The notes under the pieces were generated by a model. It was not told the DNA's origin. It saw nothing but the letters and a program-made list of their open reading frames with translations, and made no database searches. From positions 11,096 through 23,855 of the forward strand of contig JAWSUS010000036.1 of assembly GCA_033549025.1 (NCBI GenBank): a DNA stretch of 12,760 nt, written 5' to 3'. This document shows, piece after piece, positions 7,626 to 12,760 of this stretch (position 1 is its first letter; each line of letters begins with the position of its first letter). The stretch comes from Desulfuromonadales bacterium (GTDB taxonomy: Bacteria > Desulfobacterota > Desulfuromonadia > Desulfuromonadales > SZUA-540). A program made the translations under genes and the position numbers.

Positions 7626-7634
7626 TGGTATATT
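7626..7634 (+). promoter_or_regulatory. Possible extended -10 promoter element for the cytochrome operon
   Basis: TGG-TATATT matches TGn-TATAAT, 77 bp upstream of the ATG at 7711; no convincing -35. Confidence 0.3.
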
Positions 7635-7710
7635 TTAACCCTTTAGGGCCTGACATGCCCTGACGGGCGGCAACGCCTTGAACCCCATTTTCCTCATCCG
7701 GAGCATCTCT

Positions 7711-9504
7711 ATGAATTATCCCGTCTGGTATCTGCCGGAGATCGGCGGAGGGGCGCTGATCGCGCTGATCGCGGTTGTTCATGTTTTTGTGTCCCACTTC
7801 GCGGTCGGCGGCGGGCTCTATCTGGTTCTGGCCGAGCGCAAGGGCATCCGGGCCAACGATCAGGGCATTCTCGACTTCACCCGCAAGCACACCAAGTTTT
7901 TTCTGCTGGTGACCATGGTGTTCGGCGGCCTGACCGGGGTGGCCATCTGGTTTATCATCTCCCTGGTGCAGCCTGCCGGTACCTCTTTTCTCATTCACAC
8001 CTTCGTCTTCGGCTGGGCGACGGAATGGGTCTTTTTTCTGGTGGAGATCGTCGCGCTCTTCATCTACTTCTACACCTTCGGGCGCATGGATCACCGGAAC
8101 CATCAGATTATCGGCTGGATCTATTTTATCGCGGCCTGGGTGAGCCTGTTCATTATCAACGGCATCATCGACTTCATGCTCACCCCGGGCGGCTGGCTGC
8201 AGAACGGCAGCTTCTGGGCGGGCTTTTTCAATCCGACCTTCTGGCCCTCCCTGTTTTTCCGCACCTTTGTCGCCCTGATGATGGCCGGCTCCTACGCTTT
8301 CGTGACCACGGCCTTTGTCAAGGACGCCTCCCTCAAGCGCACCATGACGGTTTTTTCGGGCAAATGGGTGCTCGGCGCGCTGCTGGCGGCTCTGCCCAGC
8401 GGGCTCTGGTATGTGGCTGTGCTGCCGCAACCGGCCATGGCCCTGGTGAAGGGCTCGTCGCCGACCATTGCGCGGGCCCTCTCCTGGGGGACCTGGGCTG
8501 TCGTCGGCATCCTGATCGTCAGCCTGCTTCTCACCCTGACCAAACCGGCCCGGCACAACATCATCTATGCCACCGTCGTCATGGTCTGCGCCTTTCTGTT
8601 TATGGGGTCGTTCGAATGGACGCGGGAGGGAGCGAGAAGACCTTATGTCATCAACGAAGTCATGTATTCCAACGGGATTTTCAAGCAGGATGTGGAACGC
8701 CTGAACGCCGAAGGTTTTCTGCAAAACGCCAAATGGGTGCGTATCCAGGAATTTCACGAGGAGAGTCTGCTTGAAATCGGCCAGGACCTGTTCAAGAACC
8801 AGTGCTATGCCTGCCACACCATCGGCGGCTTTAACAACGATATTGTGCCCCGCACGGCCACTATGAGCTTTCCGGTCCTGGTCAGTTACCTGGAAACCAT
8901 CCACGACCGGCGTTATTTCATGCCTCCTGTGGCGGGTTCTCCGTCTGAGCTGAGGGCTTTGGCGACCTATATTTACAGCGGCCTGCAGGGCAAGCCGGTG
9001 GAGGAGACTGTCCTGCCGACCACCGAAGCCGGCCAAATGAGCCCCGGCGAACAGCTGTTCAACGACAATTGCGTTTTCTGCCACGAGGCGGCATTGATCA
9101 AGACCAAGACGGCCGACTGGTCGCGCGAACGGATTCGCCAGGGGATGGACAACCTGAGCGGACTCAATCCGGCCATGCCTGATTTTTATGGTTCGGATGA
9201 GGAAAAAGAGCAGTTGAGCGACTTCATCCTGGCCCTGAACGCGCCCGCATCCCAGGTCGTCGGGGCCCAGCATCATCCGGGCGAAACGGTCTTCGAGACG
9301 CACTGCTCCATGTGCCACAGCCTGCGGGCGGACTACAACCCGCTGCTGCCGAAAATCGACGGTTGGGAGCGCAGCCGTCTGCGTCAGGCCCTAGACCGGC
9401 TTGATTCCCTCAACCCGGCCATGCCGCCGCTCCAGGCGAGCGACGAGGAGAAAGACGCCCTGGCCGACTACCTTATGGAAGAATCCCGGGAGGTCCAGCG
9501 ATGA
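7711..9504 (+). CDS. Cytochrome bd subunit I (CydA)-like membrane protein fused to three class I cytochrome c domains
   Basis: GGAG RBS at 7700-7703; multi-TM N-terminal part with HVFVSHFAVGGG and FEWTREGARRPYVI (like the CydA ExGRQPW motif); CYACH 8803-8817, CVFCH 9070-9084, CSMCH 9304-9318, each followed by an MP motif as candidate distal Met ligand. Confidence 0.82.
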   Translation: MNYPVWYLPEIGGGALIALIAVVHVFVSHFAVGGGLYLVLAERKGIRANDQGILDFTRKHTKFFLLVTMVFGGLTGVAIWFIISLVQPAGTSFLIHTFVFGWATEWVFFLVEIVALFIYFYTFGRMDHRNHQIIGWIYFIAAWVSLFIINGIIDFMLTPGGWLQNGSFWAGFFNPTFWPSLFFRTFVALMMAGSYAFVTTAFVKDASLKRTMTVFSGKWVLGALLAALPSGLWYVAVLPQPAMALVKGSSPTIARALSWGTWAVVGILIVSLLLTLTKPARHNIIYATVVMVCAFLFMGSFEWTREGARRPYVINEVMYSNGIFKQDVERLNAEGFLQNAKWVRIQEFHEESLLEIGQDLFKNQCYACHTIGGFNNDIVPRTATMSFPVLVSYLETIHDRRYFMPPVAGSPSELRALATYIYSGLQGKPVEETVLPTTEAGQMSPGEQLFNDNCVFCHEAALIKTKTADWSRERIRQGMDNLSGLNPAMPDFYGSDEEKEQLSDFILALNAPASQVVGAQHHPGETVFETHCSMCHSLRADYNPLLPKIDGWERSRLRQALDRLDSLNPAMPPLQASDEEKDALADYLMEESREVQR

Positions 9505-10553
9505 GCCCACTTATACCCACACCCGATACGCTGCCGGTGGCCTGGGGCTGGTTTCAGTTTCTTCTCCTGCTGACTCTGCCTTTTCACCTGCTGGCCATGA
9601 ACGCCATGGTGGGCTCGGCCGGTCTCGCCCTCTATGCCCGTTTTCGGCCCGATGAACCCTCCCGCCGACTGGCCCATGAGCTGGCCAAGGTTCTGCCCTT
9701 TCTGGTCGCTTTTACGGTGAACTTCGGGGTTGCGCCTCTGCTGTTCAACCAGGTGCTGTACGGGCATTTTCTTTACGTCAGCTCCATTCTGATGGCGGTC
9801 TTCTGGCTGGCGGTTATCCCCCTGCTTATTCTGGCCTATTACGCCCTCTATCTCTATGACTTCCGCTTCAACGCCCTGGGCAAGGCGGGGACGATATTCC
9901 TGGCGATGTCCCTGCTTATCTTTTTTATCATTGCCTTTATCTATACCAACAACATGACCCTGATGCTGCTGCCGTCCGAGTGGGTGGCCTATTTTCAGAA
10001 TGACGGCGGCACGCTTCTGAACCTCAGCGACCCGACCTTACTGCCGCGCTACCTGCATTTTATGATCGGCGCCCTGGCCGTGGGGGGACTCTTTGTCGCG
10101 CTCTTCGGCAAATGGCGCGAAAAAGGGGATGCCGCCATGGCCGCGACCGCCGTGCGCCTGGGAATGTCGACCTTTACCTGGCTGACTCTGGTGCAGATCC
10201 TGGTCGGGCTGTGGTTTCTGGTCGCCCTGCCCAAAAAGGTGATGCTCATTTTCATGGGCGGCGATATGCTGGCGACGGTCATCTTTTTGGTCGCCCTTAT
10301 CCTGGCTTTGGCGGTGCTGGTGACGGGGCTGAAGAAAAAGGTCTATCTTACCGCCGGCCTCGCCATCACCCTGGTGGTCCTGATGTCCTTTATGCGCGCC
10401 TATGTGCGCATGGGGTTCCACGAACCCTATTTTTCCGTGCGGTCGCTGCTCGTCGTGCCGCAGTATTCGCCCATGTGGGTGTTCTTTCTGTCTCTGGTTG
10501 CCGGCCTGCTCTGTATAGGCTGGATGATCAAAAAGGTGGTCGAGATTCGATGA
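9501..10553 (+). CDS. Polytopic membrane protein, probable second (CydA-like) subunit of the upstream complex
   Basis: ATGA overlap with upstream stop; about 9 hydrophobic segments; His in helix 1 (LPFHLL) and PRYLHF resemble CydA heme-ligand positions. Confidence 0.7.
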   Translation: MSPLIPTPDTLPVAWGWFQFLLLLTLPFHLLAMNAMVGSAGLALYARFRPDEPSRRLAHELAKVLPFLVAFTVNFGVAPLLFNQVLYGHFLYVSSILMAVFWLAVIPLLILAYYALYLYDFRFNALGKAGTIFLAMSLLIFFIIAFIYTNNMTLMLLPSEWVAYFQNDGGTLLNLSDPTLLPRYLHFMIGALAVGGLFVALFGKWREKGDAAMAATAVRLGMSTFTWLTLVQILVGLWFLVALPKKVMLIFMGGDMLATVIFLVALILALAVLVTGLKKKVYLTAGLAITLVVLMSFMRAYVRMGFHEPYFSVRSLLVVPQYSPMWVFFLSLVAGLLCIGWMIKKVVEIR

Positions 10554-11377
10554 AGGCTGGCACCCATACCCCATGGCAGGTGGCTTTCGCCCGGCTGGGT
10601 CGCGGAATTCCGCTGATGATTCTGGTCTGCTTGATGTGGGGGCAGTTTTCGGTCGCAAGAAGCGAGGCTTTTCGGGTCATTCAGCTTCAGCATCGCTTCG
10701 CCGCAGATATCCTGCCCTTGGTGGCCCCTTTGCTTGAAGAGGGCGAAAAAGCGACGGGGAGCGATTCGGTGCTGGTTCTGCGCGCCTCCACGGGCCGACT
10801 CGCCGAGCTCACCGACCTGATCACCGCTCTGGATAGGCCCCGGAAAACCTTGAAGATTAGTCTTCGGCAGACGAGGGCAGGGCAGACGGGCGATCTTAGC
10901 GCCGGGTTTTACCGGGTCGGGCCGGATCAATTTCAGGCGGAAGGCCAGCGAACCTTGGGGAACCGGCAACAGACCACCGAGTCGTTTCTGCGGGTTCTTG
11001 AAGGGGAAACCGGCCTGTTGATCCTGGGGCGGGAAGTCCCTTTTACGACGGCCATGACGGTGTTTTCCGGGAGGCATCGCGGGTTTTCCCGGACGGTTGA
11101 ATACAAATCGGTGACGACGGGCTTCTGGGTGCGCCCGCAAGTGCTGGGGAATAAAATATCCCTGGAAGTGGCCCCCCACATGATGGCCCAGGGGCAGCAG
11201 GGTGAAGAGACCCTGGAGTTTCAACAGCTCAAAACGACGCTTGAGTTGTCTCCCGGCCAATGGGTGGATCTGGGGCAGCAACTGCAGCAGGCGGACGAGG
11301 TCAGTTTGTCCATTGTGCGGCTGCAGACGGGGCTTACCCAGGGCGAGGGGCGTGTCTGGATTCGTGTGGATGAGTAA
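10550..11377 (+). CDS. Small secretin-like exported protein (NolW/secretin N-domain plus short beta-rich secretin-like domain), 275 aa
   Basis: ATGA overlap at 10550; signal-like LMILVCLMWGQFSVARS; VIQLQHRFAADILPLV..LITALDRP N-domain pattern; LRVLEGETGLLILGREVP, TGFWVRP, LKTTLELSPGQWV secretin-type strands. Confidence 0.65.
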   Translation: MKAGTHTPWQVAFARLGRGIPLMILVCLMWGQFSVARSEAFRVIQLQHRFAADILPLVAPLLEEGEKATGSDSVLVLRASTGRLAELTDLITALDRPRKTLKISLRQTRAGQTGDLSAGFYRVGPDQFQAEGQRTLGNRQQTTESFLRVLEGETGLLILGREVPFTTAMTVFSGRHRGFSRTVEYKSVTTGFWVRPQVLGNKISLEVAPHMMAQGQQGEETLEFQQLKTTLELSPGQWVDLGQQLQQADEVSLSIVRLQTGLTQGEGRVWIRVDE

Positions 11378-11396
11378 TTAAACAGGGAGGTTGTAC

Positions 11397-11696
11397 ATGG
11401 CTGTTGTGGAAGTGAGTATTACGCCATTGGGAACCGCGACGCCCAGTGTTTCGGCCTTTGTGGTCGGCTGTCTCGAGGTGATCCGCAGCTCGGGGCTCAC
11501 CTATCAGTTGACCCCGATGGGGACCGTTATCGAGGGCGACCTGGACGATATTCTGGCCGTCATTCGCCAGATGCACGAAAGTCCCTTTGAGTCCGGCGCC
11601 GTGCGGGTATCGACCTCGATCAAGATCGACGACCGGCGGGATCTGCCCCGTCATACCATGGCGGGCAAAGTGCGCTCGGTGGAGGATAAACTGTAA
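11397..11696 (+). CDS. MTH1187/YkoF-like thiamine-binding family protein
   Basis: MAVVEVSITPLGT, YQLTPMGTVIEG, RVSTSIKIDDRRD; GGGAGG RBS at 11385-11390. Confidence 0.9.
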   Translation: MAVVEVSITPLGTATPSVSAFVVGCLEVIRSSGLTYQLTPMGTVIEGDLDDILAVIRQMHESPFESGAVRVSTSIKIDDRRDLPRHTMAGKVRSVEDKL

Positions 11697-12389
11697 ATGC
11701 TTAAAGCCGTGATCTTCGACTTCGACGGGGTTATCGTCGATACGGAACCCCTGCACCACCGGGCCTTCATGGACGTTCTGGCCCCCTTCGGCATTTCCTG
11801 CAGCTGGCCGGAGTATCGCGAACACTATATGGGCTTCGATGATCGGGATGGCTTTCGCGCTTTTTTTGAGCGGACCGGCAAAACGCTGGCAGATAGCGAC
11901 CTGCACCAGCTGATCGCCCAAAAAGCCGCCGCCTTTGGGCGGATTGCCGCCCGGGGCGTCACGCCGTACCCCGGTGTCGTCGAGCTCATCAAATCCCTGG
12001 CCGCCAGGCTGCCTGTCGCCCTGTGCAGCGGGGCCCTGCGCAGCGATATCGAGCCGATCCTCAGCGGCCTTGGCATTGCCCCTCGTTTTTCCGCGCTGGT
12101 GACGGCGGACGATGTACAGCACAGCAAGCCCGATCCCGAAAGCTACCGGCTTACGGTCTCACGCCTCAAACAGAAGGGACTGCTTGAGGATTTCTCCCCC
12201 GAGGGTATTCTTGTTATAGAAGATACGCCGGCCGGCATCGATTCAGCCCGCGGTGCCGGCCTGTCTGTCCTGGCCGTATCGAACAGCTATCCGCAATCTT
12301 TTCTTGAATCATTGCAGGTGCCGGTCGTTTCATCCCTGGCGGGTTTGACCGACCGGGACCTGGTGTCTTTGGTCAGCCAACCACTCTGA
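11697..12389 (+). CDS. HAD-superfamily phosphatase (subfamily IA, beta-PGM/CbbY-like)
   Basis: IFDFDGVIVDTE motif I, CSG motif II, KPDPE motif III, VIEDTPAGI motif IV; directly abuts the upstream stop. Confidence 0.92.
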   Translation: MLKAVIFDFDGVIVDTEPLHHRAFMDVLAPFGISCSWPEYREHYMGFDDRDGFRAFFERTGKTLADSDLHQLIAQKAAAFGRIAARGVTPYPGVVELIKSLAARLPVALCSGALRSDIEPILSGLGIAPRFSALVTADDVQHSKPDPESYRLTVSRLKQKGLLEDFSPEGILVIEDTPAGIDSARGAGLSVLAVSNSYPQSFLESLQVPVVSSLAGLTDRDLVSLVSQPL

Positions 12390-12421
12390 CGCGCCTGGTC
12401 AGGGGGACAAGGAGGGGACCT

Positions 12422-12643
12422 ATGCATTCCTTTTACCACTTGTTGGAAAGGGCCCAGGAAGCAGGATCTTTGAGTCGGGGGGATTGGGAAAAAATCTACA
12501 CCAGCGCCATTGTGGGCGATGTCCGGGAAGTACGAGACATGCACTCCCTGTTCACCCTTGTCTCTCTGGTGATCGCCGGTGAGGTTTCGGTGGATGGGGT
12601 ACCCCAGGCCGAAGTGATCAGACGGCTCTCTGTACTGGCCTGA
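12422..12643 (+). CDS. Hypothetical protein, 73 aa
   Basis: GGAGG RBS at 12411-12415, co-oriented with the operon, plausible composition; no motif recognised. Confidence 0.65.
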   Translation: MHSFYHLLERAQEAGSLSRGDWEKIYTSAIVGDVREVRDMHSLFTLVSLVIAGEVSVDGVPQAEVIRRLSVLA

Positions 12644-12670
12644 AATCAGCGGATGATTCCCGTTTTTTTC

Positions 12671-12699
12671 TTGACACCGGCAAGGTGATTTGCTATCAA
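12671..12699 (+). promoter_or_regulatory. Sigma70 promoter for the tRNA
   Basis: TTGACA (12671-12676), 17-bp spacer, TATCAA (12694-12699), with TG at 12691-12692 as extended -10. Confidence 0.75.
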
Positions 12700-12738
12700 T
12701 ACCGGGCCTTGGAGGTTGTCATCTTCAGGCAAATTTTC

Positions 12739-12760
12739 GGCCCCGTCGCCAAGTGGTAAG
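12739..12760 (+). tRNA. 5' part of a tRNA, probably tRNA-Cys (truncated by window end)
   Basis: GGCCCCG-TC-GCCAAGTGGTAAG fits acceptor strand, T8 and D-arm. GCCAAGTGGTAAG with G1 is typical of Cys; Gln is similar but usually starts with T. Anticodon not visible. Confidence 0.7.

Noticed and set aside
7549..9318. 589-aa minus-strand ORF (also 4517-5563, 2653-3348, 10427-11281, 11334-12122)
   Set aside because: Antisense shadows of well-supported + strand genes in GC-rich DNA, with no recognisable motifs.
10112..10549. N-terminal extension of the 421-aa ORF
   Set aside because: Overlaps the membrane-protein gene out of frame; the ATG at 10550 with ATGA coupling and a signal-like segment is the better start.

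Overview
GC-rich bacterial window with all real genes on the + strand; gene content suggests a Desulfuromonadales/Geobacter-like organism (inference). The left part (1-7522) is the tail of a surface-polysaccharide locus: fcl, manC, manB and a WecA/MraY-family phosphotransferase. Every gene junction up to manB holds a long imperfect palindrome built from 9-bp C(A/G)C(A/G)GAG-type subunits. Two divergent GxxExxY (PD-(D/E)XK-fold) genes are each flanked by their own palindrome family (A: about 120 bp, 5 full or partial copies; B: 170-179 bp, 2 copies). manC also carries an in-frame insertion of about 44 codons made of inverted heptamer arrays, preceded by a perfect 16-bp hairpin. The best candidate for an under-described system is this GxxExxY nuclease plus cognate palindromic repeat module, analogous to REP/RAYT but with a different enzyme fold. 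The right part holds a CydA-like protein fused to three c-type heme domains with a second CydA-like subunit, a small secretin-like protein, an MTH1187 protein, a HAD hydrolase, a small hypothetical gene, and a sigma70 promoter before the 5' end of a tRNA (probably Cys).
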